From positions 97,014 through 161,013 of the forward strand of contig NMRA01000478.1 of assembly GCA_002633005.1 (NCBI GenBank): a stretch of DNA of 64,000 nucleotides, read 5' to 3'. Origin of the DNA: Phoronis australis (Eukaryota; Animalia; Phoronida). Every line of letters starts with the position of its first letter. Within the stretch, counting starts at the first letter, position 1. This document shows positions 38,831 to 51,045 of the stretch, in pieces. Both the position numbers and the translations under genes were made by a program. The notes under the pieces were generated by a model that was given only the letters and a program-made list of their open reading frames with translations, was not told the origin of the DNA and did no database searches.

Positions 38831-41800
38831 TCAACGAAACAAAAGAACCATAGGAGACCATCCCTTATGAAATTCCAAAAGTTCAGAAGTTTTGGCAAAA
38901 ATGTATTTTTCAATTTTGAAGTATTCATATAGCTCTGCCTTGAGATGTTCAATACGGGGCAAGCGTTTTTCTAACCTACGACGATATATATGATATTTAC
39001 CCAATATCAATACTAAATTTATTACTTTTGATTCAGAATGCTTACCAAAAAGGATATCGATGATGGCAGGATTTAAGGTTATATTTACTTTTTGGTCGAT
39101 CCATCGAAATAATGCCGACCAAATGGAACACACAACATGACATGACCAGTACAGATGAATTGAATCCTCTGGTTCCTTTTTACAAAAGGTGCACAATTGC
39201 GAGTTAGTAACTCCAATTTAATGGAGAAAAGTGTTTGTACTTAAAATTCTATGGGTCAATCTAATTTGAAACCATTTTAATTTCGTATCAGATGTGAAGT
39301 CTACAGAGCAACAGTAGGTTTTCTCCACCATTCATCAGATAATTGCCACCATCTCCCATTTTAACTCAAATTTTGGTTTTCTATATAGCTGATAAACTAA
39401 AGTATCATAGATAAATTTATTTGGCTTTTGGCAAAATAGGGTGTTAGAGAATACCAGTGGAAAATTAGGTAAAGTAACTTGAAAGACGTGACCTTTACTA
39501 TCTTTTAGATATGATCGTAATGTACTCCTAAGACCAAGGTATTCAGTGAAGGGTGGAGAAAAATCATGTACGTTACAGAAAGTTTCATAATTCATAAACG
39601 TCCCATTAGAGTCTAAAAAGTCATAAATAAATACAATATTTTTCTCATACAACCTTCTATAGTATAAATGTCTTTTACCTGCCAAAACATTAGAGTTGTA
39701 CTACAAAGGTTCATATATATAATATTTTCTCTTTTTATAGGAAATTTACTCAAAAATTCTTTAATGTAAGAGAATATCTCTTTCCAGAAGAAATTTGAAA
39801 TATTTTTGGACCAGATCTCATAAAATGTTGTGCCAAAGCACAAGTAGTTACGATGGGTATTAAAAAAGTTATTTTGGGACAAAATATCCATCCACAACTC
39901 TTCACTACATGAATTTATTTTACGAAACCATCAAACCTTTAAAGATTTGATGAAAGAGCTAAATGTGTATCATTTTACAGCCTCCATGCGTGAAATTTTG
40001 AATTAACGTAGTTTGACCGATTTTATCGTTTTTACCATCCCATGCAAAATTATAGAAAAGTTTTTCTAGTCTTTGAATCGTTTCTTGTAAGGGGGAAGGA
40101 AATGCAATAAACAAATGAGTTAGCTTGGAAATCATAAATGATTTAATTACAGTTATTTTTCCCAGGGGAGTCAAAATTCTTTTGGCCTACGTCCTGAAAC
40201 CACCTTCAATTTCACTGATCTTTTCTTCATAATTTAATGTGGTTATTTCTGGCAGCTCAAGACTAAATTTAATACCAAGTGTGGTGAAATATTTTTTCTC
40301 CAAAGTAGCTCTCTCTCAGGGCATAACCTTATGTCACTGTATTTCATAGACCCTATCCATACACATTCTGTTTTTTCTAAATTAGGTTTTAGTACAGAGA
40401 ACTGGTCTAAAAGATTCAGGGTTTCATTCAGAGAGTCGCTAGACCCATTAAGAGTTAAGACTGTATCATTGGCATACTGCATTATTTTATGGGATCTGCT
40501 CCCAATACAAACAAGAGCAACGCAGAGCGTTGAAATGCGCCCACAATTGCACCGTATACGGTATCCTTCTAGGGTTGTTTATTGGTACCATAAAGTGGCC
40601 AGTAGAGGGCATATATGTAGTATGTTGTACTTTGCAAAATGGAAAGGTATGGTCATTGTCTCCTTAATAGGCTAGGGGCAAAATGTGAGCGATTTTCATA
40701 GTACAAGCACATCCTATACATCAGTTGCTTAAAGCACCACAGAAACATAGAATTAAAAACAAATTTACCAACATACGAGATTAGCAAAGCATTAGAATGC
40801 CAGAAACAAATTTCTACTTGGAACTTTTCCTTCATAGTCACGAAGTAACACAAAGTATACACCTAAGACCTATGAAAATACAGAGGTCAATTTAAAATAC
40901 TTAAATTGCCACTACAGGCATACCGGTAGTCAGAATCATCCTAAAGTCGACATCGTCCGTTGTCAACATCACATAAATACACTTGCTAAATTTAGTAAAG
41001 ATCCTGCGAACGGTTTAGGAGATACAGCCATAGGCGCAAAAAAAAACTGCCACTAGGAGGCGCCACAGTAGTCCAAATCGTCTGAAAATCATTGTCAGCT
41101 GTCTTCTTTATAGTAAGCATATGCATGCCAAGTTTCACAATCATCCTTTGAGCGGTTTGGTTGATACAGGGGTGAACGGAAAAATACAGACTCGAAAACA
41201 GTAAAAATGGCCACTAGGTGGCGCAAACTATGTCGAATCCATCTGAAAACGGGTGGATAGCGTCATCTCACTAATAGGCTCCTACATACCAAATTTCATG
41301 AAAATCCGTTCAGGACTTTTGAAGATACATAGGTAAGCGTAAAAATTAAAATTGCCACTAGGGGGCATATCGGTAGTCGGATCCGTCCAAAAGTCGTCAT
41401 CTTCCGTTGTTAACATCATATAAATATACTTACACAATTTCGTAAAGATCCTGCGGAAGTTTTAGGAGATACAGCCATAGTTGCAAAAAAAAAACTGCCA
41501 CTAGGAGGCGCCACAGTAGTCGAAATCGTGGGAAAATCATCGTCAACCGTCCTCTGCATAGTAAGCATATACATGCCAATTTTCACAATCATCCTTTGAG
41601 CGGTTTGGTTGATAGAGGGGTGGACGCACAAAAACAGACTCGAAAACACTAAAAATGGCCACTAGGTGGCGCAAACTATGTCGAATCCATCTGAAAACGG
41701 NAAAATATTCTGACGTGAAATTATGTTGTATAACAGAAAGACGTGAACCCTCATTTAGAAGATGAATCCAATCAATAAAATTTTCACTACAATTAAAGAA

Positions 41801-43688
41801 TTTGAGAACTTTATAAATAAAATTCCACGAAATAGAGTCAAAAGCCTTCTTAAAGTCAACAAGTACTAAAAGGCCTGGAATGTTAATTTCTTCTGTATAA
41901 TGGATCAAATCATAAAGATTCCTAGTGTTTCCCCTATATGTCTAACCTTGATAAGCCCCTCTGATTTTCATGTACTAATGAACTAATTATCAGTTCCAAT
42001 CTTTGCGCTAGACAACCTGACAAAATCTTATAACTGGTATTGAGTAATGAGATAGGACGCCAGTTTGTCAGGTACTCTCTCGGTTTTTTACCCTTAGGCA
42101 GAAGAGAAATCACCCCTTGATTTTGACTTACAGGCAATCTACCTTTAGAAAAACTATCATTAAACGAACGAACCAAAATACTGAAAGATCAGTCAAAAAC
42201 ATTTGTAAAATTCAGCTGAGAAGCCGTCCGGGCCTGGCGATTTATTGTTTTTCATGAACTTAACTACCGAAAAGGCTTCAGTTGTAGAAATTGGTCCATC
42301 GAGCAAAGAGCTCTCTATATCACTTAACTTTTTAACATTATCATAAATTAAAACATCCAAGTTGACATCCTCAGTGACATCGTCTCTATTTTGGTACAAC
42401 ATTTTATAGAAATTTGATGCCTCCAAGAGTAGCTGAGATTGGTCTGTAACCGTTTCCCCATTGGGCATAATTAATTTGGTAATATTTTCATTAATATAGT
42501 TTCTCTTTTCAAGATTAGAAAAATATTTTGACGGCTTTTCCCCCATGCTCAATTCAGCGCGCTCTTGTTCTTATCATAGCTCCTCTCATGATATCTTCTC
42601 TCAGACAGCGTAGTTCTTCAGAAAATTCATCAAACAATTTTTCAAAAACAGCAGAATGATTCGTTTGAATTATGTCGAAAAGTACACTAATTTGTATTTC
42701 TAAAGTTTTAATACGGTCATCAGTCTCTTTCTTTTTCTTTTTACTAAATTTTATTGTTTGACTGCGAATGTTGAGTAGGAGCATTTCAAAAAACAACGAA
42801 TCGTATATATTTAACAACAAATCCGCATGGGGGAATTTCGGTTATCCTGCTTCTAGTGTAAGGCAAAGCAGCATATTTGATTTTAGTTTCTTTAATAACA
42901 TTCTTTATTAGTTTTACATAGTGTGCATCTTTAAGTAGAGAATTATTAAATCGCCAAAGACCCGGACCTCTAGCAAAATTTCCAATTTTCAGTTCGAGTA
43001 TAACAGAAGAATGGTCGGTCCTATATCCAGGATCCGTTTTAACCTGTTCCACAATATTAGACATTTCGCCTGAAACAAGAAAAAAGTCTAGGCGTGCTTT
43101 TTTGATCGGATTCGTCTTTCGCCACGTAAATAATTTCTTATTGGGATTGGCTTGTTTCCATGGGTCAATGAGGTTAAAATGAGAACAAATATTAAGAACT
43201 TCTTTTCTTGCGTTTGGATTATTTAAACGCACATACGCAAAACAATCATTTTCAAAGTCTTGGACTAAATTCCAGTAGCCACGTATTATAGCAAAGTCGG
43301 TATCAAGACTAGACAGGGAATCTCTAATTGATTTATAGAAATTTGGTTCGTCAGAATTCGGGCCATAAAGGTTTATAAGAGAAATTTTAATTTTCTTTTC
43401 AACAAAAATATTCAGTAGCAAAAAGTTACCATTTTGGTCTCACCAATTACTTCGAATTCAAAATTATTATTGAATAGTATACAAACTCCCCTTGAATTAC
43501 TAACTCCACAGCTTAAACATTATAGATCCACATTGCTCTAATTATATTCTTTTCTGAGTCAAAAAATGTGTATCTTGTAAACAATAAATTGAAAAGTTTT
43601 TTCTACGAATAAAGTCAAAGACATCTTTGCGTTTTGAAACATCCCTCAGACCCCTACAGTTTATAGAAAATAATGACAATTCACCCAT
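38831..43688 (-). pseudogene. L1/Tx1 ORF2: APE endonuclease, reverse transcriptase, C-terminal CCHC zinc finger; multiple frameshifts/stops and an insertion
   Basis: SINCRGL/CLQDTHF, LYGPN, ARLDFFLVS, TDHS (APE); KSPGPDGF, NWRPISLLNTSYKI, VDFKKAFDSI, QYANDT (RT, YADD mutated); CTFCKKEPEDSIHLYWSC. Confidence 0.92.
40510..41700 (+). mobile_element. Helentron/HINE-like insertion in the L1 RT domain, with ~143/161/144-bp units forming a ~448-bp trimeric higher-order repeat; 3' part lost at a single N
   Basis: Begins AACAAGAG at an AA/TT site that interrupts RT just upstream of IGSRSHKIMQYAND. GCCACTA at 40908, 41049, 41210, 41354, 41497 and 41658. Confidence 0.75.
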
Positions 43689-44344
43689 TATCAAAAGTAA
43701 CCAGAGAAAAAGTAAAGGCCCCAAACATGCACACTCACACGCACTCTAACAAATACATAAAACAGTACACACTGAAGTACTACCATATTCCAGCCGTACA
43801 GCCGATCAGTGACAATGAAAAGATATTACTGCATGGCGAACAAGTAAACAAATATAGGACTCATAGCTGAACTGGTGAGTAACAAGCAAACGACAAATGA
43901 AAAAGCATCGAAACAATAAATGACAAGTACCCTGCAGTGAACCATTCAGGGACCCACCAAAAGATCAGTGACTTCTGCCACTTTGTTCAAGCGTAGGTTG
44001 ATCTGTGGAAACCATAGCGGCGGGTCAGACATCAAACCTGGGCAATGAAAAGCCTGCACTGCAGAGAACTAGAACAACGCCGAATAGACTCAATGGGCAT
44101 GTAAATCCATCTACAGAGTCCAGCTAGTCATGTGAGAGTTCACTCAGTAGGATGTCCGACTGTCAATGTAACCTGGGTGTAACCTAATGACTGCACTGGC
44201 AATGAATAGAGCACTGCAGAGAACCGAAACAATAACAAATAGGGGATGTAAATTCATCCAGCTAGTCATGTGAGAGTTCACTCAGCAGGATGTCCCACTG
44301 CCAAGGTGACCTGAGCGTAAACATAATGACTGTGATACCAAGGC

Positions 44345-45086
44345 TTAATTAATATCAATAACAACATCGAATCTCTCCCACGGGTTCTCTCCTTTCTTCA
44401 CTTCCAGCCCCACGTCGGGCCCACACTCCCGTACACTAGTTTTCCACCCTTTATCTCTTCTCAGATCATATGCCTTTGCAGCAACTTTCCCTCTTTTCTT
44501 CAGTTGGGAGATCAGTGCGGAAAATAGCTGTTACATCTTTAGGACGATTCTTACTTGTGCCTGCTTTAAACACCGCATTTCTCTCACTAAGCACAGCAAA
44601 CTTGACCACAACAGGGTCGGGCGAATTGTTATGCGTGACTCTGCGGGGGACTCTGCGTGTGTTGGCTATTACAAGCTCCGACGCAAAGTTTTCAGCAATT
44701 CTCAGTTTATAAACAGTATCTCGTACCTTCCTTTCAACATTTTCGCCCTCTTCATAGTCTACACCATTCAGTAAGAGATTATAACGCCTGTTTCGTACTT
44801 CTTCCCTCAGTAGTCTGTCCTGGACCGCATCAAGCTTCTCCTGCAGTGCAACTATTGCAGTTTCGTTGTCAGTATCTTTACCTTCTACGTTCAGAACACG
44901 TGAATCCATGTTGTCAAGGCGTCGCTCGACGCCGCTGATCTGGGCTTCCAAAGTCCGTTTCGACTCGTCATTTTTTTCCGACAAGTTAGTCTCGACTTTC
45001 ACGATTAAGTCTTTTATTTCGTCCAGTCCTCCTTTATTTCGTAACATGTAACTTTGAATGCTTGCTGTTGGTGTTGACTTCGCCAT
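44345..45086 (-). pseudogene. L1/Tx1 ORF1 (coiled coil plus RRM-like RNA-binding protein), one frameshift near 44500
   Basis: Heptad region, then RRYNLLLNGVDYEEGEN..RRV..PDPVVVKF..RTDLP. The shifted frame continues LKKRGKVAAKAYDLRRDKGWKTSVRE...W to TAA at 44345-44347. Confidence 0.85.
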
Positions 45087-45555
45087 TTTTGAGCTTTTTT
45101 CGGCATTCGACGTAGGAGCTCACTGAAACACGTCCATTCTCCTCCGACCGGAACTTGATTGATCTGTTCCAGTCTTTCTGGTGCCAGTCAGAATAAAATC
45201 ACATTTCGGGTACGTTGAATTATTTTCAGTTTGACGTTATAAGCGATTTTGCAAAAACGTTTAATTAAAAATAGGGTACTAAATTTTCAAGTTTTGGTAA
45301 AGATACCAAGGCCTTCAATTTCTTTGGTCAAGAAATAATTTTCTTCGACATTTTTAGTTTTTGCGAATTGTCAAGACATTTTTGATAGGCCTACGAATTG
45401 ATAACTGTTTGTTATATGGTTTAATAGGCGCCTTATTTCAATTCACGCAGGATACTCGTTCGTCTTGTTCCCGCATGAAGTAAGTAATTCCTACTACATT
45501 TATATTTGCAAGTTCCTTGATATATAACACTATGGAATATAACAGTCTTGTTTAT

Positions 45556-45645
45556 CAAGGATTGATCTCAGACTTCATTATTTTTCGGAACGCTCCACGC
45601 GCTCAGGGCGCATTCAAAGATATTAAATCTGAAATCTTGTCCTTG
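45556..45645. repeat. Imperfect ~90-bp palindrome (Crypton-like MITE core)
   Basis: CAAGGATTGATCTCAGACTTCATTATTTTT ... AAAGATATTAAATCTGAAATCTTGTCCTTG around a GC-rich centre. Confidence 0.5.
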
Positions 45646-45840
45646 GCGAATTCATTTTCCTTAGCAGGAAAGTGTAAATATTTTACTACAGTTTTTACCC
45701 ATTGTAGCTGTGATGGGCCATTTTTCCCACGGCGTGTGATTTTGTAAAATGATCCTAAAGTTTTTTCAGGCTGCGCCGCCCACGGGTTTGCAATTGCATA
45801 TAAGCGTAGGCTAATCCATACATGACAAGGTGTAACTTAC

Positions 45841-46100
45841 CATCAAATATTTTTTCTAGATGCTTTTTTCAATTAAATTGTAAGGTTCTTGGCTCCACCC
45901 AAAAAAGGCGCTTCAGCCCTGTCTACATGTATATGAACACGACAAGACGGATGAGAGAGGATAAGTGACTTCGAGGAAATTCAAGCGCTCAGTAGACGTA
46001 CGTAAGCATTTATGACTGGGCTCAACTTCATATTTGGCGTTGAAATCAGTTTGCTGCACCGCAAATTTCACGGGTCATTGCTGGACAAACATCAGACTGG
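45841..46100 (-). other. Candidate first exon (ending ATG|GTAAGT) of a minus-strand host gene; upstream boundary uncertain
   Basis: Minus strand reads TTTGATG|GTAAGTTAC with the junction at 45841/45840. CpG-richer surroundings; TAGGC(C)TA motifs just inside the putative intron. Confidence 0.3.
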
Positions 46101-46295
46101 GGTGAAATCACTTAACTGGATAAATATAGAATATTAAGAAAATAGCCGCGAAGCATGTAATTATGCTCCGCTCCATGTCTGTGATATGCTCCAACTATGA
46201 TAGATGGTAGTGACATCTACCGGTGATTATCACAAGCACTAAGTTTGTCATCCAGCCTCCACTGAGTCTGGTGAGCATATTATTATGACATCTGG

Positions 46296-46700
46296 TTCCT
46301 TTTTTGGTATTACATTATTCATTTATTGAAAACACAAAAGCAATAGCAATATACAATAGACAAAAGATACGCAACCACAATTTTTCCAATTGCATTTACT
46401 TTAACACCTCCTGGAGGACAATGGGGGAAAGCAGAGAGTTTGGCAATAAATGTGATATTTTCCAGACAGATGAGTAAATTAATTTATCAGTCTGAGTTGT
46501 GTAATTTGCCAAAGAAAACATCTGTAGACGAGAGAGTAAGTAGAGGTTGTGTTTTAGAAAATAACCAATTCCAGTGATGACGGGACATATCTTCTGGATA
46601 TTTTTTACCATATATATCTGATTGCTTAGCACCAATCTTGACAATCTCACGATAGTTTATGGGCTGTTTTTTTTGTAAAAGCATTCTTGGGAATCAAGTT
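46296..46700 (-). mobile_element. Old 5'-truncated L1/Tx1 3' fragment
   Basis: Translation IVKIGAKQSDIYGKKYPED..HWNWLFSKTQPLLTLSSTDVFFG resembles the ORF2 C-terminus at 38831-39300. Minus-strand AATAAA at ~46322 and a T-run at ~46299. Confidence 0.6.
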
Positions 46701-47654
46701 ACTTTTGTTCCCAAAACATTCTAACACTTTGGAGAAGTTTGGAGGCCTCATCGTAAACTTCGCATTTCCGGAAGCATTGTTAAATTAAAAAAATTGCGAA
46801 CACCTGATCATATAAATTATCAAACGGTGGAAAGAAATCGTACCTCCTATTATAAAATGATTCAAAGGACAAAAACTTTCCGTTTAAGTCATGGAAACCG
46901 CAAATATAAGTAATTCCTTTTTTCGTTTCACTTTTTACAAAAGATTATTGTTTTGATTTGAGTTATGATCGTATTATACCAAATTGCTTGGTATTAAAAA
47001 TCCTCTGAGTGCTTCTTCATGTCCCGTGTCTTTATCATGACTTGACACAACTGTGTTATATACTTGCTATTAAAAGCGACAATAAATAATTAAGTATCAC
47101 TTTATTAAGCTGAATCACGTTGGCAACAATTGAAAAACGTCAAATGTATCAGGAAACAAATCACCTGAAAACAGTTTCACGAAATCAAAACATCCTGAGC
47201 ACAGTGGTGAAAAGATATACTGGACTAGTTTGCAGAGGGACCAGGTGTACACTGAGAGTACACAAAAAGGCTGACCTGGTCCGTCATGAGACCAAGAGTA
47301 CACCTGTGCTTATTATCACTATGAAAATAGTCGATCTGTCACGGGACCTTAAAGTACTGGCTGAGATAAATAGTTTCACTAAGCACACTTTGGTAAAACA
47401 AAATCACAAGACTAGTGGATCCATCTAAAATGCTTGGCTACTTCAGAAGTGTCGACGGAAGCGCGCGCACAATTGATCTCCTCGCGTTTTGCCGATGAGC
47501 CACGAAGACTCAGCAATTCACAATGCAAAAATTTATATTTTCAGAGTTAACCCCCGCCCACCCAACTTCAACTTTTTCCAAGTTGGTTTACTTGGGGTTT
47601 GCACACGCTAGCGGGGCCGTTTTTGTTTTGCTGGAGACTTTTTTTATTTTTGGG

Positions 47655-47707
47655 TCCTGGCCCAAGGGGGGTTTAAACCCCCTGAACCCCCCGTAGATCC
47701 GCCACTG
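47655..47707 (+). mobile_element. 3' end of a family C-like MITE
   Basis: ...CCCCCTGAACCCCCCGTAGATCCGCCACTG terminus. Confidence 0.5.
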
Positions 47708-50660
47708 CTCACATATTTTATATTCTTATTAGCTTAAGCAAAGACACTTCACAATTTTGAACTTGACAAAATAAAATTGGCCATGGCAGTGGGAGCACAC
47801 ATTCGCTAGATGTCGCTACGGTCCATGACATAATAATAGCTGTGGCAAACGAGATTAGTTTTGCAAAGGTACCCGCTCATCCAAAACCTTTACGACAAAC
47901 AGATGGCGTTGAAGGCAATGACTTTTTACTAACAGGTAGCGCTGCTCACGGACATGTGACATTCTTGTGGGACCTGAATCTTGACCCAACACCTTGACCT
48001 ACATTCTACAGCTGCTGACGTCACACCGCCGTTGTGGGCTCAGTGCTTCACCTTTGTTCATACTGTCAACTGTTATTAATTGTGGCCACCAACATGTTTA
48101 TACTGCATGATAGCAATTCACTGTCAGTACCTACGTATGATCAGATCGTTAAATAGATATTTAAACCACTCTCTTTTGCCTTAGTGTTGATGGTACAAAA
48201 AATATTACAGCCGTTTCTAATTGGTGCCTATCAGCTCAGCCTTGCCGTGGAGTCCGTCTTCTGGACCGTTGTTGGCTAACGAGACACTGAAAAAAGAAAA
48301 ACCTCAAGACAATAAAACCTAACATGTACATCACCATGTATAATTCAAACATAATTTAAAAACATAGTGGTTATATTTCAACCTAATGAAAATTATGGTT
48401 GGAGAGTTGCCAAAATCTCTGGCGGACCGGTTCGGCAGTAGCTGCCTAAAAGCTGGTGTGGTGGCAAAGTCACAAGGAACATGCTTCCCAAAGGATTGCA
48501 ACATTGTAGGCTACAAATGGGGCTATTCGGAAAATCTACAATAACTAGAGGGCGTGCCTGTACTAGTGGTGATAGATTAACAGCCTCGATTTCGCGAGCC
48601 CTTTAAATACATGGTGACATGGCTTGCAGCCGTGCCAACTGAATCTGAGATTGCGTAAAAAGAGTCCTTCTATGAGAGGAAGTAAGCACGACCTCATACA
48701 AAGGTAAGGTTTGTGATTATTTTAACGATTATTGCATGATTATTCTACCGATGCCTGTTAACTGAGGCACTCGCCGATGTCGACTTCGCGGCAGTCAGTC
48801 GCCAGTCAGAGTCTGGTTAATCTTTGTATGTTGTGATATGTGACACGATACTTGACGTAGCAATCGGGATCTTTTCGTACATCAAAGCATTATTATTGTT
48901 TGGAATGATTTCTAAAAGTTTATCAGTGACAGTTACATCAATCAATGCTGAATGTTTATGCTGTCAACTCGATACAGGTTAATGAGTTAAGATTACAATC
49001 CAATCCCAATGGCAAAGGGTACGTGAGTGATAAATATCCATTGCATTAGACTGTTTGTTTACTCCCTATCATATGTCTTCTGGAAATCTATTACACGTTG
49101 AAATGGAAATCTATCACGTCAGTTTTCACGTAACCTTTGGTTTTTAGGTTTGAAGGCTTGTTCCGTGCAGAGGAGATATGCATCGCTTCTGCACCGTCCC
49201 TGAATGGACAAAAATTGGTTTTTAGCATTTGACTGCAGCTAACCAACAAGATCTTTCCATCCAGTGCAGATCTGTTGTCAAAGCCTACTTTCAATATTGG
49301 AGACAACGAACAAAGCCTTTGAAAAGGAACAGCTATTTTTAAAGTCATTTTGTTAAATTACTTATTCAGGTCCCGAGGGGGGATTGGCATGGGGGGTTGT
49401 AATATTTGGTACAACTGAATGTGTGGAAATAACAGGTAATACATGTTTGGGGAAAAGAGCATGGTGAGGTAATTCTTAACCTTCACGAAGTCCCTTCAAG
49501 TTGATTTCATGAAACTGTTTTGCTACTTGTATCAATTGTAAAACCACGAAAATATATTACATTTTCCGAATTCACAGTGACTGAATAGTCTTAACTCATG
49601 CCTTGAAATGTTGCAAGTCGTTATAAATTCAAATGACTGCCATTTTTGTGAAAATTGCATTTTTGATGGTGCCTTACGATTTGTAATTACTCTTAAACAA
49701 CAGAAAGATTATCCATCATTTTTAAATGACCCAAGTCTTCATATCTTCTATTAGAAGAAAAACGGTTCCCTCAACCTTAGGCTAGAAGTATGCTTGACAG
49801 ACCCATGAACCTGTAATCTGAGTTTAAAATTGCTGAAAGTATCAAAATTAAAAAGGCTTGAAAATGGGTAACAAAGGTTTGAAGTTGTCTCAAAAAACTT
49901 GTATATTTTACAGACAAGTGATGCGTTTAAAGAATTGTTATGGCTAGGGATAAAAAATAAAGACACAGTTTTATGCAATACTCTTTATATACACCCTTGG
50001 TTTCTGAAAATAGTAATTATTTACTTTTATGTGAAACTGCAGACCAATCACCATACATTTTTGAAAAACAGGGATAACATTTTTGATCCAATTTGGAGTA
50101 CTTAATTATTCATATTTCAATATTGTTCCAGGTTCAGTGACATTTTAAGGCCACTTCAAGCTTTATCATAGACAAGCTTTGTTACTCCGTTCTCTTCCCA
50201 CAGCTCTTCCACACACCAGCAGTGCTGCATGGCAGAATGTGCAAGTCAGTGGCCCTGGAGAAATGTGAATCGCAGTACTATGTTACCATAAGACAATGTG
50301 CCAATGGAGTGTCTGTGTATCCAGACGAACTATATCTGACTGCTACACAAATATGCCTTGTTGGTGAGGATGCCCTTTCATAGGCAATGGGTCATGTGTG
50401 GACAATAGCTTATTTCCTTTCCTGGAAGAAACATGAGGGACTGAAGCTAAAGAAGACCCAGTCACACTCAGGTCTAGGTCAGAGTCTGATTTTGGGCTCA
50501 AAACGATTCAAGTGATATGCTGCTGTGTTTACCTTTGTCAGAATATAGTCTGACAATATTATTAGTTGTATTGTTTTGTTTTGTTTTGTTATTCAGTTTG
50601 ATTACATGACCCCTGAGTTAAGTACAATGATGATGTAATTTGTTTACTACAGAATAGTAT

Positions 50661-50883
50661 GGAACTTTCTAGAAGACTGAGGTCAGAACAGTGATGATGC
50701 AATTTGTTTACTACAGTATAGTGTGGAACTTTCTAGAAGACTCTAGCATGACAGTGATTGATGAAGTCTGGAATATTCTAGAGACTAGTACATGTTTGTA
50801 GAATGATTGGGTAGGTTCCAGAACGTTCTGGTATGTGCTTGAATTGATGAAAAGTTCCAGAACAATGCATTAGGCTATAAATA
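50661..50883 (+). promoter_or_regulatory. Heat-shock element cluster plus TATA box in LTR U3
   Basis: Perfect alternating nGAAn/nTTCn triplets at 50661-50675, 50725-50739 and 50815-50829. Imperfect copies at 50765-50784 and 50849-50863. Confidence 0.75.
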
Positions 50884-50907
50884 CACAAGCACGGGTTTGT
50901 GTTAGTC

Positions 50908-51045
50908 AGATTAAGTCAGTTGAGTCCAAAAAGATTAAGTCAGTTGAGTCCAAGAAGATTAAGTCACTTGAGTCCAAGAAGATTAAGTCAGTTGAGTACG
51001 AAAAGATCACGTCAGTTCAAGAGAAGATCAAGTCAGTTCAAGAAA
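50908..51045 (+). repeat. 24-bp tandem repeat inside the LTR (4 near-perfect and 2 degenerate units)
   Basis: AGATTAAGTCAGTTGAGTCCAA(A/G)A units. Confidence 0.85.

Larger units (their letters stand above)
38716..45165 (-). mobile_element. Full-length L1/Tx1-clade non-LTR retrotransposon, inactivated
   Basis: 14-bp TSD GTTCCAGTCTTTCT at 38702-38715 and 45166-45179. Minus-strand AATAAA (38726-38731) plus a short A-tail. ORF1 and ORF2 in canonical order. Confidence 0.93.

Noticed and set aside
50908-51045. CRISPR-like short repeat array
   Set aside because: Head-to-tail units with no unique spacers, inside a eukaryotic LTR, and no cas genes.
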